Positions 22,154 to 34,657 of a DNA stretch of 64,000 nucleotides are shown one piece after another; positions within the stretch are counted from its first letter, which is position 1; each line of letters starts with the position of its first letter. The stretch lies in contig JALAGF010001942.1 in NCBI GenBank assembly GCA_030167865.1, positions 1-64,000 of the forward strand. The letters run 5' to 3'. Both the position numbers and the translations under genes were made by a program. Source of the stretch: Craspedostauros australis (lineage: Eukaryota). The notes beneath the pieces are model-generated. The model ran no database searches and had not been told where the DNA came from. It saw nothing but the letters and a program-made list of their open reading frames with translations.

Positions 22154-22911
22154 ACAGTCTTCCTTTCCAAAAGTGTTTCACCAAAGGAGACCAAAAGAGT
22201 TGTGCCGCAAAGGCATTGCGACAGCTCGATCCGACCCAGTTCGATGGAATTCAGCTTTCGTGTGTTGCCTGACAAAGGTGCTGGTGCCATTGTGGTGATT
22301 GCGGACGTCCGACGTCCAACCAGTTCGTTCGACGAATCGCAAAGCTTGGGCATCCCCAGGGCCAAGAGAGCGGGCGTATCCTGATCGGTGGACGTCGTGA
22401 TCGCTCGCGTCGATCACACCAACCGATGCGGAGATCACGGCGGCGCATTCCATAGCCCCTGACACAGAACGGCGCTCCTGTCGATCAACCCGGCATACGA
22501 ACATAACTGGCAAACATTCGCACAGCATCGACTACTCGATGTCACCATACAATGTACTCATAGAGAACCCTTGTGAACATCGTGATGGGCGCGAAGCATC
22601 TCCGCTCCTCGCATCCTCTCACGTCCAACGACAAATGCCACACGAGCCAGTTTTGTCGATTTGTCTGTGCCTTTCTTGTCCATGTTGATACACACATGCC
22701 AGATGTACCATACGAGTGCTTGGGGGGAACGAGACTGCAACGAAGACCATAATGCCAATACAGAAGTCATACACAAACCAAACAAAACCGACGCGATTTC
22801 ATCTTGTTTAGCTCGTACAATGCACTGTCTCCTGAAATGTATGTAGTCTGCGTCGTTTAGTGATACGGCGCAAACGAATACTCGACTCCATTTCGCTGTG
22901 ATGCTATCATG

Positions 22912-25092
22912 TTACATGCCAGTGTCAGGATCGTACCACCTGTTTGGCAGATGCAGATGATACAAACAATCCCGATTGAATTCCGGCTCGTTCGTTGGTG
23001 CCACGCTTCCAAGCTTCATCCAGATCCCGCACCCTCCGCTTCTTTCAGCTGCAGGAGGCCGTTGTTCCACAGTGTCACTCGAGTCAGTACCACTGTTGTT
23101 CCCATGATCCCCAGCGTCTGATCGAGGCACATCATATCCTGGCGTTACGCATCGGCTGAGCTCCGCAAAGATCCGATGGTTGGCACGATGCCGCCGCAAT
23201 ACTCGCTGCCCCAGGAAATGCCCCGTCGTCAAGGACCATGTGCCGAGGCAGCAATCCTTCTCATCATTCAAGAATGGCGACATCAGCACATCATCGCTGT
23301 CCACGACAGCAAAACCGTTGGCACTGGCAGATGCTGTGGGGTCGTAGCTGCAAGTTGGCTGCAAAGTGTGAACCACAGACGGATTGTCGCGGCGAGAAGA
23401 TTGCGCATGCGTCGCATCGCCTGATGATATCTTGCGCAGATCCAATAGCTGGCAAACTCCGAACGATCTTTTCACGATCATCATGTCCAAATCACTGCGA
23501 TTGCGAAATTGCAGATCGGAGACGGACCCGAACTGCGGATTGAGAGGTTCGATGACTTGGCATGTATTGGCGCGAGTATCCAACACCGACAGCGCACCGT
23601 TGCGATGACCAAAGGCGATGGTGTTATCCTCGTGATGAACTTCCACGCGCAATGCATCAGAAGTGGGAAAATCGCGCACGTCCAGCCCTCGGATCTGAGC
23701 CGAAGCAAGCGAAAGGACGATCGGCCGGCGATGGCTCCTGCAATACGGCTTGAGCGGCGCGAGGACTCCCATGTTGCTCGTGAAGCCGACATCGTGAACC
23801 GGTTCGTGCAGCGTGAATTCCGAAATAGCAGGAGCAGGACCTTGCACATCACGGATCCATCGCAGTGCTTGGCGTCTGTCGCGCCCGTGCCGCTGCATCA
23901 GCAACATACCAACGCAGTTCGACAGCGATGCCCCGAATCTGACGCATTGGATTCTTTGGTTGGATGTGGGCACTTGCCAGGGCAGTTGTTGCGCTGCGTA
24001 CAGCATGCAATCGTCGGCTCTGGCGGACACAATCCTCGGAGTATGTGGTTGCTGCCCTTGCCGCCATCGGCTCTGCCGCTGCTGGGCCCCTGCTGATCTT
24101 GTGCAAACATCAAGCGTTCGCGCTGCGGGATGCAGACGGCACTTTGGACCCAGATCGCTGGGACCATACGTGTGTTCAGCCAGACAGCGGCTGCCTCCAA
24201 CGATGGTCCCAAAATCTGGACTTCTGTGGACGGACAGAGTCTCCAGCAGGTATCGACCATACCACAACTTCCGCATACGTGCGCGATGCATTCGGGAGAA
24301 TCGCTTCGACCCACATGCCTGTTGCAGTCCCGCAGCGAAATGAAACGAGTGCAGCGATGACAGAATGTGCGATCTGAGGATGGGGCGCATCGCGATGTGC
24401 TGTCCGCGTAGTTCGGTGTTGCACTTGACGATCTCTTGCATATCTGGCAAGGGCAGGCCTGTCGACTTGCGTCGTTGAGGTAAGCGAGGACTATTGCCAT
24501 CGGCAGAAGCAGTAGCGGCTGAGGGGACCTCAGCAGCACGTTGCTCCACACGTTGGCTTTGTCGCTGTCGCTGCCGTCTCAGGTCATCCTCGATGCTCGT
24601 TGCTGCGGAATCGTTGCTCCTGCTGCGTGGATCATCTTTTCCTCCTTGACGCTGCTTCCGTTGTCGTCGTTGTTGTCGCTGCGCGCGCAGATCATCTTCT
24701 AAAGTCCGTCGCTGCTCGGTCTTTCCTTTTTGCTCATTGTTCGGTCCTTTGTGATGCTGCCCTTGCTGTGCTTGGTGCGGCTGCTTTCGTCTGCGTTTTC
24801 TCGCCATTCTCTTGAACCGAATCGTTTCCCTCAGCGATGTACGCAATGGTTTGTTGTAATCTTCGTCCCTGCTGATGCTATTGCTGTCGTCATTGTTGAT
24901 GATGTGACCATCTTGAGTGCGGATCCGACAGAGCAGATCAGAGATCGGCGAAAGTTGTTGGGACTTCGGGTGGACGCAGCGTGATGTGTCGTTTTCTCGT
25001 GTTTCGGTTTGGCGCCAATTCCCAGTCACGAGGAACCTGTATATCCGTGACTCGAAGATCCAAACAACGAACGCGCGAAGGAAGAGAAGCAT
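22912..25092 (-). CDS. Hypothetical protein: basic/Gln-rich N-terminus and WD40-like (DCAF4/WDR21-like) C-terminus
   Basis: ORF over 700 codons. SDALRVEV..IAFGHRNGALSVLDTR, VSDLQF, CQLLDLRK and GTWSLTTGHFL resemble DCAF4-type blades. Start is ATG 25092 or 24807 (MARKRRRK, NLS-like). Confidence 0.55.
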   Translation of the reverse strand: MLLFLRAFVVWIFESRIYRFLVTGNWRQTETRENDTSRCVHPKSQQLSPISDLLCRIRTQDGHIINNDDSNSISRDEDYNKPLRTSLRETIRFKRMARKRRRKQPHQAQQGQHHKGPNNEQKGKTEQRRTLEDDLRAQRQQRRQRKQRQGGKDDPRSRSNDSAATSIEDDLRRQRQRQSQRVEQRAAEVPSAATASADGNSPRLPQRRKSTGLPLPDMQEIVKCNTELRGQHIAMRPILRSHILSSLHSFHFAAGLQQACGSKRFSRMHRARMRKLWYGRYLLETLSVHRSPDFGTIVGGSRCLAEHTYGPSDLGPKCRLHPAARTLDVCTRSAGAQQRQSRWRQGQQPHTPRIVSARADDCMLYAAQQLPWQVPTSNQRIQCVRFGASLSNCVGMLLMQRHGRDRRQALRWIRDVQGPAPAISEFTLHEPVHDVGFTSNMGVLAPLKPYCRSHRRPIVLSLASAQIRGLDVRDFPTSDALRVEVHHEDNTIAFGHRNGALSVLDTRANTCQVIEPLNPQFGSVSDLQFRNRSDLDMMIVKRSFGVCQLLDLRKISSGDATHAQSSRRDNPSVVHTLQPTCSYDPTASASANGFAVVDSDDVLMSPFLNDEKDCCLGTWSLTTGHFLGQRVLRRHRANHRIFAELSRCVTPGYDVPRSDAGDHGNNSGTDSSDTVEQRPPAAERSGGCGIWMKLGSVAPTNEPEFNRDCLYHLHLPNRWYDPDTGM

Positions 25093-25289
25093 ATTCGTGT
25101 TTGAAATGGACGATTGAGTCACGAATCAATTCGTTTCTTTCGATCATTCCTCCTCAGGAACTGCCGCATCAGGTTGGCGATGGCGATCACCAACTGCTTG
25201 GCTCCTCCGAACACTTGGACCTTCCACAATCCACAATCCACAACATCGAACAACAAGTACCACTTCCTTCGTGACATCAGCGACGACCC

Positions 25290-26063
25290 ATGAAACCCCT
25301 GACGTTGCCCACATCCGCGCGTCTGTTCGCTACAGGCGCAACCGTTGGACCTGTCGTGGATTCCTTCCACAATCAATGCCTGCTGACGTACGGCATCGCA
25401 CCCATCTCCTTGGCATGGCCAGCTTCCGACCAGGCGTTGCTGCCACTTCTTTCCAGCAGCAGCGGTGGCTCCGAATACTTCTTCTGTTCCAGCTGGACGG
25501 TGCCGCCGTTGCTGGGCATCGCTTACGTGGTGTTGGGCGGCGTGTTGCCACGCGTCTTTCACGCTTTGATCGGCAATGATGCCAGCGATGCACGGCCCAA
25601 CCTCCGCAATCGTGCCATTCTCGCCGTGGCCACAACTGCCATGATCATCAAGCTCTCCGAATTCTTGACAGTGACAGATGGCGCATTGGCACAGCAGCCA
25701 CATCTAGCCATAATGCTGGCCGCCGCGCTGGCGCAATGGGCTGCGTTGGATGGCACGTTGGTGGCGTTGCTCGTCGCGTCCATCACATCCATCGGCGGGC
25801 CCTTGTCCGAGCTGCCCTTTGTGGCCAACGGATTTTGGCAGTATCTGGATTCGGCGAAGGATTACTTGCCGCTGCTGCAATTGGATGGAGATATTGCGAT
25901 TCTGAAGACGGTGCTGGGTGACGACTATCGATCATTGGGACTGTCGAGCATCACTGGGCCATGCTACTTTGCGGTCACCATGGATGCCATCGCGTTGGGC
26001 AGGTGGTTCGATGGGTTTTCGGAAGGAGGAGACGTGGATGATGGAGTAGGCTTGGGCAGATGA
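25290..26063 (+). CDS. Multi-pass membrane protein, resembles the plant/algal INSIG-like family
   Basis: About 6 hydrophobic segments; LFATGATVGPVVDSFH, WTVPPLLG, GGPLSELPFV..GFWQY, GPCYF. Confidence 0.6.
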   Translation: MKPLTLPTSARLFATGATVGPVVDSFHNQCLLTYGIAPISLAWPASDQALLPLLSSSSGGSEYFFCSSWTVPPLLGIAYVVLGGVLPRVFHALIGNDASDARPNLRNRAILAVATTAMIIKLSEFLTVTDGALAQQPHLAIMLAAALAQWAALDGTLVALLVASITSIGGPLSELPFVANGFWQYLDSAKDYLPLLQLDGDIAILKTVLGDDYRSLGLSSITGPCYFAVTMDAIALGRWFDGFSEGGDVDDGVGLGR

Positions 26064-26331
26064 TGAAACGTTGCGGAAGGTCATGTCTCACAAGGATACT
26101 CTGGTATGTGTTGAACGGAATGATGCGATCGACTACGATGGCACATTTACGACTATTCACGAGCTTGCCTGCATACTCATGCGAACAATCTCATGTAGAG
26201 TATTGACCTCTCTTGGCATAGACGATATATTACTGTGTGGGACTACTCGTAGTTATACCATGCATTCTACTTGTACAATTACTTCATGTGCGAGTCGGTA
26301 TCCTTTCTGGAGTATAGTACGTCCCTGTTGT

Positions 26332-27914
26332 TCACACCCGCTCCAGAACCAATGCAATACCCTGCCCTCCGCCGATGCATGCGGCGCCGACATGGACCTT
26401 GCTGTCTTCGTTGCGAGCGAATTCATTTGCGAGATGGGCCGTGATGCGGCTTCCGCTGGCAGCCAACGGATGTCCCAAGCTGATGGCGCCACCGTGCAAG
26501 TTGGTCTTGTCCATGTCCAAATCCAGCTCCTTGGAGCAGGCCAGGAACTGCGCGGCAAATGCCTCGTTGATTTCGAATCGATCCACGTCGCCCATCGTCA
26601 TGTCCGCCTTCGCCAAGGCCTGCTGGATGGCGGGGACAGGTCCGATTCCCATGACCGTGGGATCGCACCCGACGACACCGTAGCTCACCAACCGGCACAG
26701 CGGCTGCAGTCCGTGCTCATTCACCGCCTGCTCCGACGCAACGATGATGCTGCCTGCGCCATCGCAAATGCCGGATGAACTGGCCGCAGTCACGACGCCA
26801 TTCTCCCTGTCAAACACGGGTGGCAACTTGGCCAGCTGCTCCATGGTAGCTTCGCGCGGGTGCTCATCCGTGTCCACCACTTGGGTGCCTTTCCGCGTCT
26901 TGATGTCGATGGGGCAAATTTCAGCGTCGAACACACCATCCGCCTTGGCCTGCGCCCATGTCTGTTGGCTGCGCAGAGCAAATGCGTCGCATTCCTGCGC
27001 ATACAATTTCCCGATTTGTTGTTGGAATGAGCCATGATGCGGGGTTGGCGTATTTCAATGGTTGAGTGATATGCGTGAGAATGGGAGTTAGAAGAATGGC
27101 ACAAGCAGTGGTGGTAACGTGCAATACCACAAGGTAGGATACAATACACAGTCATGGAGTATTGTACCAAAATGCAAGTTGAATGGAAAATCGAAGCTAG
27201 AGGTGAGACGGCCATACCTGTGGGGGACTCTAGCCATGTTCATCGCAGACAAGAGGGAGGATCACATGGGCGATGCGAAGATGATGGGACTGTATCCGCG
27301 TCCCATCATCGCAGTACAAGCGCACTCATACAATGTGTTTTGGCGTCCACGCATGCTCATCCACGCGTAGCCAACAACCTACGTACCTCCCGACTGATGC
27401 CGTACTGCTTTGCCAAATTCTCCGCCGTCACTCCCATGGGCGTGCCAGCGTAGCTGTCGGTGAGACCATCCCACAGCGCATCGCGCATGTTCATGCCGGC
27501 GCCCAGCTTGACGCCCCATCGGGCATCGTTTCCGCGCACATTCATCGGCGCGTCGCTCATGTTTTCGGCGCCGCCGCAGATCGTCATGTGAGCATCTCCG
27601 ACGCGGATGGCGTTGGCACCCAAAATGACGGTCTCGAATCCGGACCCGCACAGTCGGTTGATGGTGAGGGAAGGAGTTGGTTGGGGGCATCCCGAACGCA
27701 ACGCCACGTGCCTTGCCAAGTAGGCGGCGTCAGGCGAGGATTGGATGACGTTGCCGAAGAAGACCGAATCGATGAGGGATGGGTCGATGTTGCCTTGGGC
27801 CAGCGCGGCCTGCGTCGCCGCAACGCCCAGATCGGTTGCCGTCATGTTCTTCAAGCTTCCGCCGAAGCTTCCGAATGGCGTGCGCTTGGCTGCGACAAGG
27901 AATATTCCGCTCAT
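26332..27914 (-). CDS. ACAA2: 3-ketoacyl-CoA thiolase, mitochondrial ACAA2 type; exons 27914-27387 and 26994-26332
   Basis: IFLVAAKRTPFG, TINRLCGSG (catalytic Cys), EINEAFA, GGAISLGHPLAASG, ACIGGGQG. Phase-0 GT-AG intron. Confidence 0.93.
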
Positions 27915-28907
27915 TGTTTGTGGTGTCGGTAAATGTACGAAGGTACGAATGTATGGATGTATGGATGGGAATGGATGGGTGAATCAAAGGATGGACCTAT
28001 CAAAGAATTGATGTGCTATTGTATAATATGAGTGAACGGGTACGAGTATGTCGATGGACTCTTGATCAATTTTATGTTGCAAGTGCTGTGTCGACGATTG
28101 AAGGTGATGGATGTTGATGATTGTTATTTTGCTCCGAATCGATCGACGGCGACCTCTCCGTTCGTTGAATGGCTGCGATTCTATCTTGTTCGTTGGATGC
28201 GCGAAATGCTGATGATGTGATGCCATCGACGGACAAGATTGGAAGGGAGGATGTGATGAGTCTTTTCTCCTTTGTGCTTCGCCTTCCTGCGTGGGTGATG
28301 TTTGTTCTTGTTTCTGTGGTTGGTCGTTGACACCACCCGTCCGTGACGCATCGGCTTCCTGATTTTGTGAGTTTCTTGGCATCATCATTTTCTGAATACG
28401 TTATTGTGAACTCGTTTCATCGATGTTGGAATACAGTAATTGGAATTTGGAATATATAATTTGCCTTGTTGCTGAAACAACTTGATTCTTGGAACGAATG
28501 GTATCCTTTGACACCGAAATTCGCTTTCTCCCGACACACGGCAGCAGAGAACACACGCATCACATGACGACGCAGCAACCCACACCACCCACCTCGCCTT
28601 CGGATCATGGTCACCATTCTCATCCAACCCACCAAAGACGCATCGAACCACAGCACAACACAACTTTGGTATCGTTCCTGCACATTCTCCATCATCGTTG
28701 GCATCTTCACACCTTCGCATCGTCGTCCATACCATAGAAAGAGAGATCCGGTGGTAGCATACTATCATACTACATACTACCATACTACCATACTGGAAAG
28801 CATCGTCCAGTGACCATTCAATTCTTCGTATTTCTGGTTCCTCATCGAGATCGACGCACGCAACTCTGCACACGCCCAAAAGCCCTTGCCACAGTAGACA
28901 CAGCAAC

Positions 28908-30231
28908 ATGTTCTCCAAAGCGACACTGAGGCCGTCATTGCTGAAGCATGTGCAACGCCATTGCCAGAAGGCCATTCACGCGCAGAACTCTTCTGCAACT
29001 GCATCCTCCCGATTCGCGTCGACGTTGGTCATCTCCGACCCATTGGTCTCCGGGCCGGATGGTGACATCACACCACCGGGCACGCAAGCGGCCGTGACAG
29101 CCGCCAAGCAGTTGGGCGCGGAGGATTCCATCCATTTGCTGGTGGTCAGCGACAAGCCACCGTCCAAGATCCCTGCCGGTGTCGCAAAGGTCTTTCATGT
29201 CCCCATCGGTGACCGGCTGGCGGAAACGGTGGCATCGTCCGTTCAGACCGTCGTGCCGCTCGCGGATTCCACAACCGTCGTTGGAACGTCCTCTAAATTC
29301 GGTTCGACGGTGATTCCACGCGCTGCAGCGTTGTTGGAGTCGTCGCCCATCACGGATATTTTGGAGGTCCATGATGCAGGTGCGTTGGTTGGTTGGTTGG
29401 ATATTTGAATGAGTGTATGGATCATGGACCGATGGGTTGGCATTCGTTGATGTTTCTCTTCTCTTCTGGTGGTGCAATGAATGTGATGTGATGCCACATA
29501 GCATGATGCGACCAAACTGAAAGCTCACGCACCCCATTTCTCATCTTCCCCCGTCTTGCATCACTTCGTGCCGGCTCGCCTTGCGCTACGTTTCATTCCT
29601 TCGCGTCATCGCCATCATCACTGTAATCGATACCGTCATCACCGCTTCACCATATACAGACACGTTCACTCGGCCACTCTACGCTGGAAACGTGCTCGCC
29701 AAAGTGAAATCAAAGAACGTCTCCGCCGTGAAAGTCCTTTCTGTGCGCCCGACGAGCTTCGAGAAGGCGGAGCTGGTCGACGCATCCGACATTGAGACCG
29801 TGGACGCGGTCACGCCATTCGACAAAGCCAAATGGGTGGGAGAATCCGTGAGCCAATCCGACCGCCCCGACTTGGGCAGCGCCTCCATCGTCGTCAGCGG
29901 TGGGCGCGGCGTCAAGAGCAACGAGAACTTTGCCGTTCTCGAAAAGCTGGCCGACAAGCTGGGGGCTGCCATCGGCGCCTCGCGCGCCGCGGTCGATGCC
30001 GGATTCTGCCCCAACGATTGGCAGGTGGGGCAGACGGGCAAGGTGGTGGCGCCGGATCTGTACATCGCCTGCGGTATCTCCGGTGCCATCCAGCACCTGT
30101 CCGGCATGAAGGATTCCAAAACGATCGTGGCGATCAACACGGATCCGGATGCTCCTATCTTCCAAGTTGCGGACTACGGATTGAAGGCGGATTTGTTTGA
30201 TGTGGTGCCAGAGATGGCTGATAAGGTTTAG
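28908..30231 (+). CDS. ETFA: Electron transfer flavoprotein alpha subunit; exons 28908-29379 and 29660-30231
   Basis: Mitochondrial-type presequence; [66 protein letters not shown]. Confidence 0.96.
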
Positions 30232-30826
30232 AGTAGAGCAAGTTTGATCCGTTGCTTGCGAGTGGGGTGCTGTGAACTGTGCTTCATCGAGATATTTCAT
30301 AGAACAGAGTAGTTGCATCACATAATCAGCCTGCGTCGAAGGCAACATGTGAGCAATACTGCGGCCTATCATGGATCCTGCGGCATACATTTGGTGGAGC
30401 ACAAGGACTGCTGGTTCCAGGAACTTGACGGCCAGTCTCTACCATCACTTACAGCACCATGTGTTGGCATACACACATGCAGCATACTCGTAGTGAAGCG
30501 GAGTTTGTTCACATTGATGAGCACTCGTGCAATGATGAAACATGCTTGCGGACAACGAGCCAACGCCAGACCTCGAATGCCTGGCGCATCACTCTATCAG
30601 ATTGTGCTGGTACCATATGGCACAGAGTAGCATCAATTTATCATATAATATTCTATAATTGATGTCAAGAGTAGGTATGCTGCCTCTCCGTTGACGGTGG
30701 ATGATGATGCTCATGACAACCCGTCTTGCTCATTGCCGCAAAAGTGAAAAAAGTATAATAGATCGTAATGTGCAGTGGACTCTCCTCACTCGTAAAGGAC
30801 TATCATGCCATCGATTATAGAATACT

Positions 30827-31412
30827 TTACATGACCCCCAACATCTTGCGGATGCGTTTCTCGATCTTCGTGCCCTTGATGCCGGTGGTCGAACCCAGTC
30901 GATTGGTGCGTTGTCTTGTCTTGTATCCAGTATTGTGCGATTTGCCTGCCTTGTTCCTGCTCGTAGTGGGTGTTAGCAGTTGGAGCGAGCAAAGGAAACC
31001 AAGATATAGCAGGAGAATATGATAGAGTGGAGCGGATGATGATGTGACAGGTATGGGTGAGAAATACGTGAGAGAGATAGTACGAGTAGACACAGGGAGT
31101 AGGTTCATCATGAATACTCGCGGAGCAGATACCCACGAGCTACCTATGGTAGGATCAAGGCAGAATGGCGGTATACTGGTAAGTGCTAGAGCACTGATCG
31201 TCGCATTGTACGCACCGTTTCAATGATCCACTGGAGCGTTGGCGAAACCGCTTGGCGGCGCTTTTGTTCGTCTTGAATGCATGCTTGAATCGCATGTTCG
31301 TTGTCTGCGGCATCGGCAACAGCCGCGGCTTCATTTCATTGCTCCACAGGGTCGTTGGACGTGCGGTCGGCATCCGAAGCATTGTCGGAATCCATCTCGT
31401 GAACAAAGACAT
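30827..31412 (-). CDS. rpl35: Mitochondrial ribosomal protein bL35m; exons 31412-31216 and 30956-30827
   Basis: FKTNKSAAKRFR..SGSLKR|NKAGKSHN..KTRQRTNRL joined across a GT-AG intron; Arg-rich presequence. Confidence 0.88.
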
Positions 31413-32179
31413 GATCGTTGTGAATGCTTGCCTGCTTGTTGGCGATGGATCGGCGTCTTTCTGGGTGTTCCATCCAGCGCGCAACGCAGTGCAGCTCAGT
31501 TGATCGAATGAATGATTGATTGACAGAAGGACGCGAGGTGTCACCAAAACAGTGATGGCGTCAGCGACGAGCGTCTCTTGGCTCCTTGGCTTGTGGTCGC
31601 ATTTGTGCGATGATGTGTCAGCGATCTTCGTTTGTTTCGTTTTTTGTCTTCTTGTTGGTGTTTGTTGCTCTTTGTTGTGAGCGACGATGTTTCATGACAT
31701 CCGGTCAGACGAGAGCCGTCTTGGGCATACAAATACTAACTTTATCTAGAGAGGGAGAGGGAGACTGTTGGAACCATGCACTCTACTCCACCCTGTTGCA
31801 ACCGAATTAGTGGTCATTGCAGCATGACAGATACACACTGAAACTGAATGTGGAGGAATCAACGCAATGGGGGAAGTCTATCTCACATACAATAGATTAA
31901 TACTATATGACGTAAGTCATGAGAGAAATGTGAGATGGGCGGCATCTATCTCGCCTCCTTCGTTCTGTTCCTTTCGAATACATTCTGTGCTCGCTTCTCC
32001 TTCGTTCTGTTTCCTCCGATGCAGCATTATCACAGTGTGGCATTCGTGCTGCGATGTGGCTGTCTCGAACCACACGCTCCAGGGTGGAGCAAGATTGGTC
32101 TTTCCACCGCTACCATCTCCACTCCACTCCACTCATGTCATATCATCCCATCCCGTCCAACCACCACCTTCATGGACAA

Positions 32180-32509
32180 CTACGACGACGTAGACTCCAC
32201 GTTGGGCAAATAATCCTTCCAGTTGAACGGCATCTTGTGCTTCAACGTGACTTCACCTGTGCGCGGGTCGAAGATGATGTTCTTCTTCAACTTGAGACGC
32301 TTTTGCTTCGTGGTCTTCATGCGCTTGCGTGATCTTGTGTGCTTGCGTTTGGGGACGGCGAACCAGATGGAGAGATCATCCCACAGCGATGGCTGCGCTG
32401 ACGGCGCCGCCAAAGCCAGCTGCGGTGAACGGTACGTGTAGCGGAATGCCACAACCTCGAATTGGTGTCGCAGCAGATTGGTCAACGTGTGCATTTTCTG
32501 GAGGAACAT
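32180..32509 (-). CDS. rpl32: Mitochondrial ribosomal protein bL32m
   Basis: Presequence followed by AVPKRKHTRSRKRMK...DPRTGEVTLKHK; ATG at 32509. Confidence 0.88.
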   Translation of the reverse strand: MFLQKMHTLTNLLRHQFEVVAFRYTYRSPQLALAAPSAQPSLWDDLSIWFAVPKRKHTRSRKRMKTTKQKRLKLKKNIIFDPRTGEVTLKHKMPFNWKDYLPNVESTSS

Positions 32510-33491
32510 GATGGTGTAATATGATGATGTATTGCTGCCGGGGGTGCCTTGGCGGTTGATGGCGCTGCTGGTTTCGTGGCTGGGCTTGGATGAGTTTGGC
32601 CTGCTGCACGAGAGATGCGGTCGAAGATGACGATGGCTGTTCGATGCTTTGGTTCTGCGGAGTCTCTGCCCTTGAATACGCTTCCTCGGCGCTAATCCTC
32701 CACTTGCAGTTGCGGTCGAAGTTGCAGTCGAGCCAACTACTCCACTCGTACCCTGCGAGTACGGATGATGCTGTCCGATGGATGATGTCTGTGTATAGTA
32801 GTAGTCGTATGGTATCAACTTCCGTCTTGTTGTGCGCTGTTGTGGCAAAACTGTGGGCTTGCTTGTTGATGTGTTGTTTGTCTTCGTTGGGTCTGTTGTA
32901 CTCGTACGCAGCGCAGACGAACAATTAGACAGGCAAATGCGCGCGCCAATACAATGTGAAGGGGTAAGGTGCCACATAACAGGATGGACTCATTTGATGT
33001 TCGAACAGAACCGGATTTGTCTGCGCAGACAGGCTACCTATGATGGATTGAAGCACGCGGTGGTTAGAAATGGAAAGTGGCATGGATTCTGTCTGGATCT
33101 ACTTTATTGAATGGTGTTATGTACTTGCAGAGAGAAGGCAGAAAGCACGCAAAGCCGCATCCCTGTTTGGATTGTTGCTTCGGACGTCCTTCCTGTTCAC
33201 CCGATGCCACGGTAGAACCACGAATCGGAGGCGGTTACTGATGGAGCTTGCGAAAGATCACAAGCGCATTCTTGCCTTCGATCTGCGACGGCTGAATTAT
33301 TCAGAAGTTCGCCGTGTGGTCATCGTTGTTGTCGGTTGGTTTGTTGTTGCTTGTTTGGATGTCTGTTGTTGAATGTGCGGGGACGCTCGCCGTCGACGCT
33401 CCAGGCGTTGCGTCTGCCTGGGGCACTCGTCGAACTTCCTATTGGTATGCCGCCACACTCTTTTTCATCCAATCACACGAGCAGATCGTAC

Positions 33492-34657
33492 TTAGAGCTT
33501 GCCGAGGAAGGCATCCAGTGTCTGGACGGACTTGGCGGCGGCAGCGAAAGCGGCGTCCTGCTTCTTGTATCGGGCAGCACCTCCAACAGCCTCGATGGCC
33601 TGGAAGAAGTCGTCTGCGGCCTCCTTCTGCTGGACGGTCTTGGCAAGTCCGCGGACGGCGAATCGGGTCTCGTACATGTAACGGCTGAGCTCGTCAGTGA
33701 CCTCGAACCACTTCTTCTTTTCGATGTAGGCTGGGAGCTTCTCCAATCGGACGCGAGACTCGGCGAGGATGGCCTTCTTGCGGTCGACATCAGCGCCAGC
33801 GCCTGGCTGGTAGAGGGAGTCCTTGCCGGCCTCTCCGTAGACGGAGTATGGGGAGTAGACCTTGGAGGACTGGTCACTTCCGTATGCGGCACCCTCGGAG
33901 TAGGAGGTTCCGTCTCCGATGAGTCCGAAGACGGAGAATCGTGGGGATTCACCGGCAGCGGCGTTGGCGGCAACTGGAACGAAGGCGGCTCCGGCGGCAA
34001 CGATGCCAGAGAGGGCCTCACGGCGAGATTCCTGCGTGTCGTTTGAAGCGTGATTGATGGCGCAGACGAGCGTTGACATTGATTCGCGATCGCCGGTCAT
34101 TGATGTCACACGTTGTAGGTGTACGGACAATTGCGTGTGTGTGTGAAGCAGGCAGCAGCAGCAGATGATGGGTGAGTGCGTATGTGTGTGAGGGCAACCA
34201 ATAGATTGCAAGGGCAGAGCATTGGCGTTCTGGCCTTCACGTGTTTTTGATGGGAGATGTATCCGCGAGCCTTTTGGGCGTCATTGAAATGCAGCGCCGG
34301 CATCTGACATCACGAAATCCATCCACCCATCCATCAATCGATCAACCAATGCACCGATCAGCAAAGGTGTCGGCGGCTTCATGATGACGCGCACCGAGAG
34401 CACGGAATGACCTCAGTGGCCATGGTTGCGATGGGCAGGCGAGATGGATGAGGGGCGTCGTTCGTTCGAACTGCGCCCGCCATCACCATTGCCACTCTGC
34501 GCCATGGATTTCGCCACCACCATCCATGACAGTCCATTCCACACCACCCGGCTGAAACGCTGCGAGCCAACATCAAATTGCCATGCGCTGTGGCTGTCCT
34601 CACCTGCGAAAAGGCAGCGGCAGAGGCGATAAGGGATGCGAGGAGAGCGACCTTCAT
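33492..34657 (-). CDS. psbQ: Photosystem II extrinsic protein PsbQ' (OEE3); exons 34657-34604 and 34031-33492
   Basis: MKVALLASLIASAAAF signal, SRREAL twin-Arg lumen signal ending ANA, mature GESPRFSVFG..YSEGAAYG..YSPYSVY..WFEVTDELSRYMYETR as in diatom PsbQ'. Confidence 0.9.
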
